NCBI GenBank assembly: GCA_965221615.1
Contig: OZ244904.1
Location: forward strand, 959,489-1,023,488
DNA from: Psychrosphaera sp.
Lineage (GTDB): Bacteria > Pseudomonadota > Gammaproteobacteria > Enterobacterales > Alteromonadaceae
DNA: 64,000 nt
Direction of reading: 5' to 3'
Positions 35,283-44,732 of this stretch are shown piece after piece. Position 1 is the stretch's first letter; every line of letters starts with the position of its first letter. The notes beneath the pieces were generated by a model. The model was not told the DNA's origin. It worked only from the letters and a program-made list of their open reading frames with translations, and did not search any database. The translations under genes were made by a program, and so were the position numbers.

Positions 35283-35759
35283 TTGAACAAACAAGATTTT
35301 TATCAAGAGATAAATAGCCAAATTGCGGCGTTATGCTCTGGTGAACCAAATTTAATCGCAAACTTGTCTAATATAAGTGCCGTTTTATTTGAAAGATTAG
35401 AAGACACCAACTGGGCTGGCTTCTATTTAATGGCAGATAATATTCAAGGCTCAGAAAAAGAATTAGTCTTAGGCCCATTCCAAGGTAAAGCTGCCTGTGT
35501 ACGTATTCCTGTAGGTCGAGGTGTCTGTGGTACAGCGGTAGCAGAAAGAAAATCACAGTTGGTGGAAGATGTGCATGCATTTTCTGGCCATATTGCTTGT
35601 GATGCAGCGAGTAACTCTGAAGTTGTTATTCCTATTATTGTTGATGAACAAGTAGTGGCAGTTTTGGATATCGATAGTCCTAAATTAGCTCGTTTTGACC
35701 AAGAAGACCTTGAAGGCTTAACTGTGTTAGGTCGTTTTGTTGAGTCAATCTGGAACTAA
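35283..35759 (+). CDS. msrC: free methionine-(R)-sulfoxide reductase, GAF domain (MsrC/YebR)
   Basis: The 158-aa ORF has a TTG start. The segments NWAGFYL, LGPFQGKAACVRIPVGRGVCGTAV and GHIACDAASNSEVVIPI closely match E. coli YebR (from memory). It is adjacent to proQ-prc, as in E. coli. Confidence 0.9.
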   Translation: MNKQDFYQEINSQIAALCSGEPNLIANLSNISAVLFERLEDTNWAGFYLMADNIQGSEKELVLGPFQGKAACVRIPVGRGVCGTAVAERKSQLVEDVHAFSGHIACDAASNSEVVIPIIVDEQVVAVLDIDSPKLARFDQEDLEGLTVLGRFVESIWN

Positions 35760-35780
35760 TCCCTGTGAGGGTGTTGTAGG

Positions 35781-36065
35781 ATGAAGGATTTTATTGATGT
35801 AAGGGATTATTTAATTGGTGAAGAGCTTGTTGGTGATTGGGACGGTCAGGAAGAAGAAGTAACAGATCGTATCAATAATATGATCCATCATGCTTTTCAG
35901 TTGTTACCGGATGACGTAACAAGCTATGTAGCTGAACAGATTTTTGACGAGTTATGGGCTGCTGTTGCAGGTCAAGACTTTGTTATTGAAGCAGAATTAG
36001 ATGAATTAGAAAGCTGGCTAGACACATTTGTCCGCCAGAAGTTAGACGAAATAGAGTACGATTGA
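35781..36065 (+). CDS. very acidic 94-aa hypothetical protein, translationally coupled to proQ
   Basis: The ORF is rich in Asp and Glu (about 30 of 94 residues). Its TGA stop (36063-36065) overlaps the proQ ATG (36065-36067) as TGATG. Confidence 0.55.
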   Translation: MKDFIDVRDYLIGEELVGDWDGQEEEVTDRINNMIHHAFQLLPDDVTSYVAEQIFDELWAAVAGQDFVIEAELDELESWLDTFVRQKLDEIEYD

Positions 36066-36694
36066 TGCAAACTCAAGAAAAAACCGATTTAAACAAAGTG
36101 ATTGAATTTTTAGCTGAAAAGTTTCCAGCAAGTTTTTCAGTAAAGGGAGAAGCCAAAGCGCTTAAGATAGGTATCTTTAATGATATTGCGCAGCAGATCA
36201 CAGAAGAAGATCCTGTATCTAAAACTCAAGTTCGTCATGCATTAAGACGATACACTAACAGCTGGCGTTATTTGGAAGCCGTTGTTAAAGGTGGTCAACG
36301 CGTTGATTTAGAAGGTAATGATGTTGAAGAGCTAACTTCTGAACACGTTCAACACGCAGAGCAACAATTAGCTGAGAGCAAAGCCAAATTCCAAGAAAAG
36401 AAGAAAGCGGCGAAAGCGAAAGATAAAAAATCTTACAAAAAACCAGCAAAACAACTTGGCAATCCGCCAAAAAGAAAACCAAAATCAGAGAGTAAAGGAA
36501 CTAATCCTAAACCTAAGGTTCAAAAAGAATTAGTTGCTAATGAAGATTTTAGTGAAGGTACTAAGGTGCTAGTGAAATTTGGTTCAGCACCAGTGTCAGC
36601 AACAATTCTAGAAACCAGTAAAGATGAAGTATCTGTGCAACTGGATTCTGGAATGACTATTAAAGTAAGCAAGGGCAGTATCTTCCAAGCATAG
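36065..36694 (+). CDS. proQ: RNA chaperone ProQ (FinO-like N-domain, basic linker, Tudor-like C-domain)
   Basis: The N-terminus LAEKFPASFSVKGEAKALKIGIFNDIA...VRHALRRYTNSWRYL matches the ProQ/FinO domain. It is followed by a Lys-rich linker, then the C-terminal segment GTKVLVKFGSAPVSATILE. It lies directly upstream of prc. Confidence 0.92.
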   Translation: MQTQEKTDLNKVIEFLAEKFPASFSVKGEAKALKIGIFNDIAQQITEEDPVSKTQVRHALRRYTNSWRYLEAVVKGGQRVDLEGNDVEELTSEHVQHAEQQLAESKAKFQEKKKAAKAKDKKSYKKPAKQLGNPPKRKPKSESKGTNPKPKVQKELVANEDFSEGTKVLVKFGSAPVSATILETSKDEVSVQLDSGMTIKVSKGSIFQA

Positions 36695-36702
36695 GAGTCG
36701 AT

Positions 36703-38742
36703 ATGCAGTTAGTTAAGCAAGTATTTAAGGTGTCTTTAGCGGCATCTATGGTTATTTCGGCGTGTGCGTATGCCACCACTCAGACTGAAAAATTCGTAGT
36801 GCCTGAATTAAATCAAGAAGCTCAACATGAAACCGCATCTAAGCGGGTTGCAGCTTGGTTTTCTCGTTCACACTATAAAAAAATACGGCTTGACGACGAG
36901 CTATCGAACAAGATTTTTAATCGTTTTATTGATAACTTGGATTACAACAAAAGCATCTTCTTGCAGAAAGATATTGATGCTTTTGCCAAGTACAAGAATA
37001 AGTTTGATGAAGGTATTCAACTAGGCGAGTTAGAGTTTGCGTTTGATATTTATCAAGAATCGTTAAAACGTCGTATCAAGCGTTATGAATATGCAATAGC
37101 TTTGCTTGATAAAGAAATGGACTTTAATAAAGCCGATTCGTTTTATTATGACCGTGAAGATGTTGATTGGGCAAAAACAGAAGCTGAATTAGATGAATAC
37201 TGGCGTCAAAAGACTAAATATGACGCATTAAACTTAAAGTTAGCGGGTAAAGAACCTAGCAAAATCAAAGAAACACTAACCAAGCGTTATATCAATGCTA
37301 TGAGACGTTTGTCTCAATCACAAAATGAAGATGCGTTCCAATTAGTAATGAACTCATTTGCTCGAAGCATTGAAGCCCATACTTCTTACTTATCACCTCG
37401 CCGTGCTGAACGTTTCAACATGGAAATGAACTTAGAGTTGGAAGGTATAGGCGCTGTATTGCAACCTGTTGATGAGTTTACCGTGATCAGAAGTTTAGTT
37501 CCTGGCGGCCCAGCCGACTCTACTGAACAGCTCAAACCAGAAGACAAAATCATTGCTGTAGCCCAAGGCGAAGAAGACTATGTCGACATTATTGGTTGGC
37601 GCTTGGATGATGTGGTTGAGCTTATTAAAGGTAAAAAAGGCACAGAAGTACGACTGCAAGTTGTTCGTGGTGACAATGCTGCGGGTAATTCAAAAGAAGT
37701 TTCTATTATTCGCGATAAGGTTAAGCTTGAAGATAGAGCTGCTGATTCGCAAGTATTCGAGTCTCAAACAGGTGAGCTAAGCGCTAAGATAGGCGTTATC
37801 ACTATCCCTAGCTTCTACAATCATTTGTCAGCAGATGTTGCAGCAGAGGTTGCTAAGCTTAAAGACCAAAGTGTTGATGGCATTATCGTTGATTTGCGAG
37901 GCAATGGTGGAGGCTCATTAAATGAAGCAAGTCGTTTGACTGGTTTATTTATTGACAGAGGCCCTGTAGTTCAAATTCGTAGTGGTGCAGGTAATATCAA
38001 TGTACTTGGTGACTATGATGGTGTTGTTCACTACGATGGACCATTAACCGTGTTAGTAGACCGCTATAGTGCTTCAGCTTCTGAGATATTTTCTGCAGCA
38101 CTGCAAGATTATGGTCGTGCACTGATTGTTGGTGAACAGACTTTCGGTAAGGGCACAGTTCAAGAACATAGACCACTTAAAAGGGCATTTGACCGTTTTG
38201 ATAATAAGTTAGGTTCGGTGCAATATACCACTTCGAAGTTTTATCGAATTAACGGTGGAAGTACGCAAAATAAAGGCGTTATTCCAGACATTTTACTACC
38301 TTCAGCAGTGGAACCTGAAGAGTGGGGTGAAAGCCAAGAAGATAATGCGTTACCTTGGGATAATATCCAGCCAGCAAGATATCAGCCTTCAGCTGAAATG
38401 AGAGCAAAAGTGAAGCTGTTAACTGAGCGTCACCATGAGCGTATCGCAACAGAGCCAGAGTTTGCATTCTTAGCGACTGATATAAAAGAGTACAAAGAAA
38501 ACAAAGATAAGAAGTTTGTTTCGCTTAATGAGAAAGAAAGATTAGCAGAAAAAGACGAAGGTAATGCGAAGAAATTGGCAAGAAGAAATCTGCGTCTTGA
38601 ACGCTTAGGTTTCGAAAAAGTAAAAGATTTAGAACAAGATACTCCAGAAGAATTAGAACAGTTAGATCCTTTCTTAGAAGAGACGGCAAGGATCACAGCT
38701 GACCTGATTTCTACTAGTCAGTACGTAAAAAATATTAAATAA
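36703..38742 (+). CDS. prc: tail-specific (C-terminal processing) protease Prc
   Basis: The 679-aa ORF has a signal peptide, a PDZ region (GIGAVL...VIRSLVPGGPA) and S41 catalytic-region motifs (GNGGG, SASASEIF, FGKGTVQ). Confidence 0.95.
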   Translation: MQLVKQVFKVSLAASMVISACAYATTQTEKFVVPELNQEAQHETASKRVAAWFSRSHYKKIRLDDELSNKIFNRFIDNLDYNKSIFLQKDIDAFAKYKNKFDEGIQLGELEFAFDIYQESLKRRIKRYEYAIALLDKEMDFNKADSFYYDREDVDWAKTEAELDEYWRQKTKYDALNLKLAGKEPSKIKETLTKRYINAMRRLSQSQNEDAFQLVMNSFARSIEAHTSYLSPRRAERFNMEMNLELEGIGAVLQPVDEFTVIRSLVPGGPADSTEQLKPEDKIIAVAQGEEDYVDIIGWRLDDVVELIKGKKGTEVRLQVVRGDNAAGNSKEVSIIRDKVKLEDRAADSQVFESQTGELSAKIGVITIPSFYNHLSADVAAEVAKLKDQSVDGIIVDLRGNGGGSLNEASRLTGLFIDRGPVVQIRSGAGNINVLGDYDGVVHYDGPLTVLVDRYSASASEIFSAALQDYGRALIVGEQTFGKGTVQEHRPLKRAFDRFDNKLGSVQYTTSKFYRINGGSTQNKGVIPDILLPSAVEPEEWGESQEDNALPWDNIQPARYQPSAEMRAKVKLLTERHHERIATEPEFAFLATDIKEYKENKDKKFVSLNEKERLAEKDEGNAKKLARRNLRLERLGFEKVKDLEQDTPEELEQLDPFLEETARITADLISTSQYVKNIK

Positions 38743-38781
38743 GCAGCAGCGAGTTTAACTCGCATCGCTTAGAGTTAGGTA

Positions 38782-38814
38782 AATTAAGGAGTTGTAACAA
38801 ACTCCTTAATTTTA
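38782..38814 (+). terminator. intrinsic terminator of prc
   Basis: The arms aattaaggagt (38782-38792) and actccttaatt (38801-38811) form an 11-bp stem followed by tta. Confidence 0.7.
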
Positions 38815-38881
38815 TCCTGTCAAAACTCAAATAATAATAAGTAAAACAAAAACAACAACAAAAACTACAAGAGGGGAACTC

Positions 38882-40264
38882 ATGTCAACAACGCATGTTG
38901 ATCATGGTCAGTGGTCGAGCCGATTGGCTTTCATTCTTGCGGCAACGGGTGCAGCAGTAGGACTAGGGAATATTTGGAAGTTTCCATACATTATGGGTGA
39001 AAATGGCGGCGGCGCCTTCGTTCTAGTTTACCTATTATGTATTTTAGGCATAGGTATTCCTGTCATGATGGCAGAAGTATTGATAGGTCGTCGAGGTCGT
39101 CAAAGTCCAGGTAACTCAGTAAAAGCTTTAGCAATAGAAGCAGGTGCTTCAACCAAATGGAGTTTTGTTGGTTGGATGGGGCTAATTGCAGGCTTCCTAA
39201 TTTTGTCTTTCTATTCCGTTATTGCAGGCTGGGCAATCTCTTATATTTTTCAAGCTGGAGCTGGTAACTTTGAAGGTGCAACGCCTGAGCAAGTTGGTAC
39301 CGTGTTTAACAACCTCCTAGCAGATCCTATTCAACTAATTTTTTGGACAACCGCTGTATTAGTGTGTACAGGTATCATAGTAGGTAAAGGTCTGAAAAAT
39401 GGTTTAGAAAAGGCGGTAAGTTACGCTATGCCAGCAATGTTAGTTCTATTGTTGATCATTGCAGGTTACGCCGCGATTAATGGTGATTTTGCTCAGGCTG
39501 TAAACTTTATGTTTTATCCTGACTTTTCTAAGTTAACTTATTCAGGCGTATTAATCGCATTAGGCCATGCATTTTTTACTTTGAGTCTAGCATCAGGCGC
39601 TATGATGATTTATGGCGCGTACCTACCACAAGATACATCAATTTCGAAATCGGTATTGGCGATAGCTTTCGCTGATACTGCTATTGCACTAATAGCTGGT
39701 TTAGCTATTTATCCTATTGTGTTTGGCAATGGACTAGAAGTCGCGCAAGGCCCTGGCTTGGTATTTGTTAGTTTACCTATTGCTTTCGGTCAAATGTGGG
39801 GCGGCACCTTCTTCGGTACTTTATTCTTCGTTATGTTAGGTTTTGCAGCCTTTACTTCTGCTATTTCTATGGTTGAGTCCTCTATTGCTTGGTTAGTTGA
39901 GCATTTGGGATTAACGCGAATTAAAGCAGCGGTGATTTCAGTTATTATTTTATGGTTAATGAGTATGCTAACTGTGTTCTCATTTACTGGCGCGAGTTGG
40001 GCTGCATTAGACTTTAACTTCGTTGGTAAGCATGTAAATAACTATTTTGAACTTATTGATCACTTAACATCAGACGTATTGTTACCACTTGGTGGCATGG
40101 CTACGGCGATTTTTGTGGCTTGGGTAATGAAGAAAGAAGCAGTAAAAGAAGAAATTCAAATGGCAGAGTCAAGTTTCAACTTTTGGTACTTTACTTTGCG
40201 CTGGGTTGCGCCTTTAGCTGTGTTATTCGTATTTTTAAATTTAATTGGTGTAGTAAGCCTGTAA
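38882..40264 (+). CDS. sodium-dependent transporter of the neurotransmitter:sodium symporter (SNF) family
   Basis: The 460-aa ORF has the N-terminal signature WSSRLAFILAATGAAVGLGNIWKFPY and about 11-12 TM helices. Confidence 0.92.
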   Translation: MSTTHVDHGQWSSRLAFILAATGAAVGLGNIWKFPYIMGENGGGAFVLVYLLCILGIGIPVMMAEVLIGRRGRQSPGNSVKALAIEAGASTKWSFVGWMGLIAGFLILSFYSVIAGWAISYIFQAGAGNFEGATPEQVGTVFNNLLADPIQLIFWTTAVLVCTGIIVGKGLKNGLEKAVSYAMPAMLVLLLIIAGYAAINGDFAQAVNFMFYPDFSKLTYSGVLIALGHAFFTLSLASGAMMIYGAYLPQDTSISKSVLAIAFADTAIALIAGLAIYPIVFGNGLEVAQGPGLVFVSLPIAFGQMWGGTFFGTLFFVMLGFAAFTSAISMVESSIAWLVEHLGLTRIKAAVISVIILWLMSMLTVFSFTGASWAALDFNFVGKHVNNYFELIDHLTSDVLLPLGGMATAIFVAWVMKKEAVKEEIQMAESSFNFWYFTLRWVAPLAVLFVFLNLIGVVSL

Positions 40265-40293
40265 CGGCTTACTGAATTTTTGAGGTAGAAGTT

Positions 40294-41718
40294 TTGGATA
40301 CAGTAAAAAAGCCTAGTTTTTTAGATGCTTTATTACCAATTGTTATCTTAGTGGCATTGTTAGCAATGTCAGTTGCGTGGTTTGGTTCAGATAGTTCTTA
40401 TGGACCGAATCAGATTGTTTTATTGGTTGTTGCAGGTATTGCTTGTTTAATTGGTCTGAAAAATGGCATGAAATGGCAACAACTAGAAGAAGCTATGATC
40501 CATGGTATTTCCGTATCTATGGGAGCTATCTTTATTTTATTAGCGGTTGGTTCTTTAATTGGTACTTGGTTAATGTCAGGTACAGTTCCGACTTTGATTT
40601 ATTTTGGGTTGCAAATTTTAAGCCCTGATTGGTTCTATGCTGCAGCTTGTTTACTAAGTGCAATTGTTGCAATGAGCATCGGTAGCTCTTGGACTACAGC
40701 AGCAACAGTTGGTGTTGCTTTGATGGGTATTGCTTCTGGCATTGGTGCATCTCCTGCTATTGCAGCTGGCGCGGTAATTTCAGGTGCTTACTTTGGTGAC
40801 AAAATAAGTCCATTGTCAGAAACGACAAACTTAGCTCCTGCTGTAGCTGGTAGTAATCTGTTTGAACATATCCGTCATATGCTTTGGACGACCGTTCCTT
40901 CTTTCGTTATAGCTATGATTTTATTTACTTTCTTAGGTTTTACAGAGGAAAGAACTGGCGGCGAAGTTTCGGTAGGTGGCGTGCAAGATATTATTCTATC
41001 GACTTATGACATTTCTCTTATTCATTTAATTCCTCTAGTTGCATTGATTACTATGGCAGTTAGAAAAGTACCAGCGTTTCCTGCTATTTTCATAGGCGCA
41101 TTAATTGGTGCTGCATGGGCTGCAATGTTCCAACAAGACTTATTAGCTAGTGTTGCTGGTAGCAATGAAGGCATTGCTAAGTTTAAAGTGATTTGGACTG
41201 CTATGTTTGATGGTTTTGCTGTAACTACTGGTGATGAAAATATGGATTCACTGCTAAGTGGTGGCGGTATGTCAGGCATGTTGAATACAACTTGGTTGAT
41301 AATGACAGCATTAATGTTTGGTGCTGTGATGGAAAAAGTTGGATTGTTAGCTGTATTTGTTCAAGGCATTTTAAAAGCGGCGAAATCAACAGGCTCGTTA
41401 ATCACCTCAACAATTGCTACTGCATTTGGTACAAACCTTATTACCGCTGACCAATATATGTCGATTGTAATGCCTGGCCGTATGTATAAAGAAGAGTATG
41501 AGAGAAGAGGGTTACATAATGTTAACTTATCTAGAGCTCTAGAAGACGGTGGTACTATTACTAGTGCATTGATTCCATGGAACACTTGTGGTGCTTACAT
41601 GGCAGGTGTTTTATTAGTGAGTCCATTTGAATATTGGCAATTTGCCTTCTTTAATTTAATTAATCCTATATTGGCTATTATATTTGCTTATCTGGGAATT
41701 AAAGTTCTTAAAAAATAA
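40294..41718 (+). CDS. nhaC: Na+/H+ antiporter, NhaC family
   Basis: The 474-aa polytopic ORF has a TTG start. NhaC-type motifs are present (GAYFGDKISPLSETTNLAP and IPWNTCGAYM). Confidence 0.88.
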   Translation: MDTVKKPSFLDALLPIVILVALLAMSVAWFGSDSSYGPNQIVLLVVAGIACLIGLKNGMKWQQLEEAMIHGISVSMGAIFILLAVGSLIGTWLMSGTVPTLIYFGLQILSPDWFYAAACLLSAIVAMSIGSSWTTAATVGVALMGIASGIGASPAIAAGAVISGAYFGDKISPLSETTNLAPAVAGSNLFEHIRHMLWTTVPSFVIAMILFTFLGFTEERTGGEVSVGGVQDIILSTYDISLIHLIPLVALITMAVRKVPAFPAIFIGALIGAAWAAMFQQDLLASVAGSNEGIAKFKVIWTAMFDGFAVTTGDENMDSLLSGGGMSGMLNTTWLIMTALMFGAVMEKVGLLAVFVQGILKAAKSTGSLITSTIATAFGTNLITADQYMSIVMPGRMYKEEYERRGLHNVNLSRALEDGGTITSALIPWNTCGAYMAGVLLVSPFEYWQFAFFNLINPILAIIFAYLGIKVLKK

Positions 41719-41725
41719 AAACAAA

Positions 41726-41752
41726 AAAGCCTGGGTTATCCCGGGCTTTCTC
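41726..41752 (+). terminator. intrinsic terminator of nhaC
   Basis: The sequence is aaagcctggg ttatc ccgggctttc, with one G-U pair. Confidence 0.7.
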
Positions 41753-41768
41753 TTTAGGTAAAGAAAAA

Positions 41769-44327
41769 ATGACTACGAACCCTCAAGCTAAGTATTTAAA
41801 AGATTATCAAGCTCCTGAATTTTTAATCCCTACTACTCATTTGACGTTTTATCTGGATGACACTGCGACCAAAGTTGTTTCAAAATTACAAGTAGTTAGA
41901 AATAAGCAAGAAAGTAAAGTTTTGGAACTTAACTCTGATGTCAAAGAAGTAAGTTCAGTATGTGTTAACGGTGAAAAAGTTACTGCTTGGCGACAAGTTG
42001 ACGAAATATTAGCAATTGATGTTGACCTTGATGAGTTTGAATTAAGCGTAGAATCTATTGTAGATCCTATTAACAATGAAGCATTAGAAGGCCTATATAA
42101 GTCAGCTGGTGTTTTTTGTACACAATGTGAAGCCGAAGGTTTTCGCAAGATAACGCCGTTTTTGGATAGACCAGATGTTTTATCTAAGTACACGGTAACG
42201 ATTTATGCGGATAAACAAGATTTTCCACACGTACTTGCCAACGGTAATTTAATTGAATCTGCAGACGAAGAAGTTGAAGGCAAATTATTAACTAGAAAGA
42301 CTTGGCAAGACCCTCATCCAAAGCCTAGCTATTTGTTTGCTCTTGTCGCAGGTAACTTCGACTTACTCGAAGATTCCTTTGTTACTCGCTCGGGACGAAA
42401 AGTTGCTTTAGAACTGTTTGTTGACAAAGGTAATCTGCATTTAGCTGATCACGCTATGGTGTCATTGAAAAAGTCGATGGCGTGGGATGAAGAAGTTTAT
42501 GGCTTAGAGTATGACTTAGACACTTATATGATAGTTGCTGTGGACTTCTTCAATATGGGAGCAATGGAGAATAAAGGCTTAAACGTATTTAATAGTAAAT
42601 ATGTTTTAGCGGACGAAAACACTGCAACAGACGCAGATTATCATGGCGTTGAAGCTGTTATTGCCCATGAGTACTTCCACAATTGGACTGGAAATCGAGT
42701 AACTTGTCGAGATTGGTTCCAACTTAGTTTAAAAGAAGGCCTTACTGTATTCAGAGATCAACAGTTTAGTGCTGATATGGGAACGGAAGTCATTGAACGT
42801 ATCAAACATGCTAGTGTGATGAGAACACACCAGTTTGAAGAAGATGCCGGACCTATGGCTCACCCAATCAGGCCTGAAAAAGTTATTGAGATGAATAACT
42901 TCTACACTGTAACTGTATATGACAAAGGTGCTGAAGTTATTAGAATGATGCAAAGTTTATTAACTCAAGCAGGCTTCCGTAAAGGCATGGATTTGTACTT
43001 CGAGCGTCATGATGGTCAAGCAGTAACTTGCGATGATTTTGTTAATGCTATGGCGGATGCAAATAACAAAAACTTAGACCAATTTAAAAATTGGTATAGC
43101 CAAGCGGGGACGCCGGTCGTTCGAGTTGATGAAAAGCTGCAAAACGGCAAGCTTGAGTTTACGTTAAAACAATCAATACCTACTCGACCTGAAAATGAAG
43201 AGGTTAAAACTCTGGTTATTCCAGTTGCTTATGAGTTGATAGCAAAAGAGTCTGGCCAGTCCTTAGACAGAGGCACACTTATCTTTGATCAAGCCGAGCA
43301 GAAGTTTGAACTTACAGCTGCGCAAGATGCAGTACTTGTTCTATTTGAAAATTTCTCAGCTCCAGTCAAAGTAGAGAGGGAAGTAAGTGTAGAAGATACT
43401 TTGACTATTATTAAACATGCATCAGATCCATTCAGTCGATGGGATGCAATGCAAAGTTTATGGCAACAACAACTGCAATCTAAAGAGTTAGAAATCGATT
43501 TTTCTGGTTTATTTGCCGATATCATTAACGACTCATCGATTAGTAATGACATTAAAGCGGAGTTGCTTGCAATACCTGGTTTTAGTCAAATCGCGGAAGG
43601 TTTTGCCGTTGTTGATGTAGAGCAAATTGTATCTGGTACGGAGCAAGTTGTCGCAAAAATAGCTCAACAAAATAAGGAGCTTATTCAAGCTCAGTTAGAT
43701 GAATTACAAAATATAGATAATGGTTATGAAATTGGTTTAGTTGCAAACAGAAGGTTGAAGCAAGTTCTGTTGCAATACATTGCTAGAACTAAAGAACCAC
43801 AAGTTATCGATATGTTATCAAAAGTATATTCAGCAGCCGATAATATGACTGAAAAAATGGCGGCGGTTGAAGCGGCTCGAATTGCTGATTCAACACTGCT
43901 TGATAACTTGTTGAAGCAAGTGGATTCAGCATATAGCGATAATGTACTGGTACTAGATAAATTACTTTCTCAAGTTGCTAGAGTGTCTGATGAAAGCGTC
44001 TATGAATTAATGGAAACATGGGCAAAGCATGAGAACTTTTCAATGAAAAATCCAAATCGCGTTCGTTCTCTGTACGGCGCTTTTGTTTCTGCTAATCCTA
44101 AAGTATTCCATGACAAATCAGGTAAGGGTTATGACTTTTTAGCAGACTTGCTATTAAAAATAGATTCTTACAATCCGCAGCTTGCATCGAGAATGGTTGT
44201 TCCTTTATTGAGCTTTAACCGCTACGAAGTGCAAAGAAAAGCAAAGATGTTAGAAGCGTTAACTAAAATGAGTGAAGCTAAGCTGTCAAAAGACCTTTAT
44301 GAGAAAGTGACAGCTGCATTAAATTAA
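41769..44327 (+). CDS. pepN: aminopeptidase N (M1 family)
   Basis: The 852-aa ORF has the GAMEN exopeptidase motif and the zinc site HEYFHNWTGNRVT ... LSLKEG. Confidence 0.97.
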   Translation: MTTNPQAKYLKDYQAPEFLIPTTHLTFYLDDTATKVVSKLQVVRNKQESKVLELNSDVKEVSSVCVNGEKVTAWRQVDEILAIDVDLDEFELSVESIVDPINNEALEGLYKSAGVFCTQCEAEGFRKITPFLDRPDVLSKYTVTIYADKQDFPHVLANGNLIESADEEVEGKLLTRKTWQDPHPKPSYLFALVAGNFDLLEDSFVTRSGRKVALELFVDKGNLHLADHAMVSLKKSMAWDEEVYGLEYDLDTYMIVAVDFFNMGAMENKGLNVFNSKYVLADENTATDADYHGVEAVIAHEYFHNWTGNRVTCRDWFQLSLKEGLTVFRDQQFSADMGTEVIERIKHASVMRTHQFEEDAGPMAHPIRPEKVIEMNNFYTVTVYDKGAEVIRMMQSLLTQAGFRKGMDLYFERHDGQAVTCDDFVNAMADANNKNLDQFKNWYSQAGTPVVRVDEKLQNGKLEFTLKQSIPTRPENEEVKTLVIPVAYELIAKESGQSLDRGTLIFDQAEQKFELTAAQDAVLVLFENFSAPVKVEREVSVEDTLTIIKHASDPFSRWDAMQSLWQQQLQSKELEIDFSGLFADIINDSSISNDIKAELLAIPGFSQIAEGFAVVDVEQIVSGTEQVVAKIAQQNKELIQAQLDELQNIDNGYEIGLVANRRLKQVLLQYIARTKEPQVIDMLSKVYSAADNMTEKMAAVEAARIADSTLLDNLLKQVDSAYSDNVLVLDKLLSQVARVSDESVYELMETWAKHENFSMKNPNRVRSLYGAFVSANPKVFHDKSGKGYDFLADLLLKIDSYNPQLASRMVVPLLSFNRYEVQRKAKMLEALTKMSEAKLSKDLYEKVTAALN

Positions 44328-44329
44328 TT

Positions 44330-44554
44330 ATGTCCAGAGCGTTTAGATTTAGACTTAATTTAACCTATGAAGAATGTCGTCAGTATTATGAAGGCAGCTA
44401 TACAGCCATCCAAGTGATGGCTCATACCGGGCAAACCGTGCAGTTTCCTGCGGAACATATACGCCCGTTTGTCACTAGCCAAGGTGTCAGTGGTATTTTT
44501 GAAATGGAGGTCGATAACTCAAACAGATTCAAGTCACTGAAAAAATTAACTTAG
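44330..44554 (+). CDS. small conserved protein downstream of pepN (DUF2835-like by memory)
   Basis: The 74-aa ORF starts 3 nt after the pepN stop. The segment LNLTYEECRQYYEGSYTAIQV...FPAEHIRPFVTSQGVSG matches my memory of the pepN-linked DUF2835 family. Confidence 0.6.
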   Translation: MSRAFRFRLNLTYEECRQYYEGSYTAIQVMAHTGQTVQFPAEHIRPFVTSQGVSGIFEMEVDNSNRFKSLKKLT

Positions 44555-44732
44555 TTCATTAATCCAGCAAAAAGCAGCGAAAATTAACGGTTCTTGTTCA
44601 ATAGATCTAACTAATTGAACTTTCGGCTTGCTTGCTTGGATAAATGGTGTAATTATTAACGAGTTTTAGCTCCTCCGATGAGCTAAAAATCCTCATTAAA
44701 ATAATAAACTTCGAGGACAAGGGGAGAGATTT

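Noticed and set aside
44664-44690. The hairpin ttttagctc ctccgat gagctaaaa upstream of the DUF1302 gene, as a regulatory element of the four-gene module.
   Set aside because: It is a single 9-bp hairpin, 110 nt after the DUF2835-like gene and 43 nt before the next start. It is most simply a weak terminator of the pepN operon. The sequence alone gives no further support.
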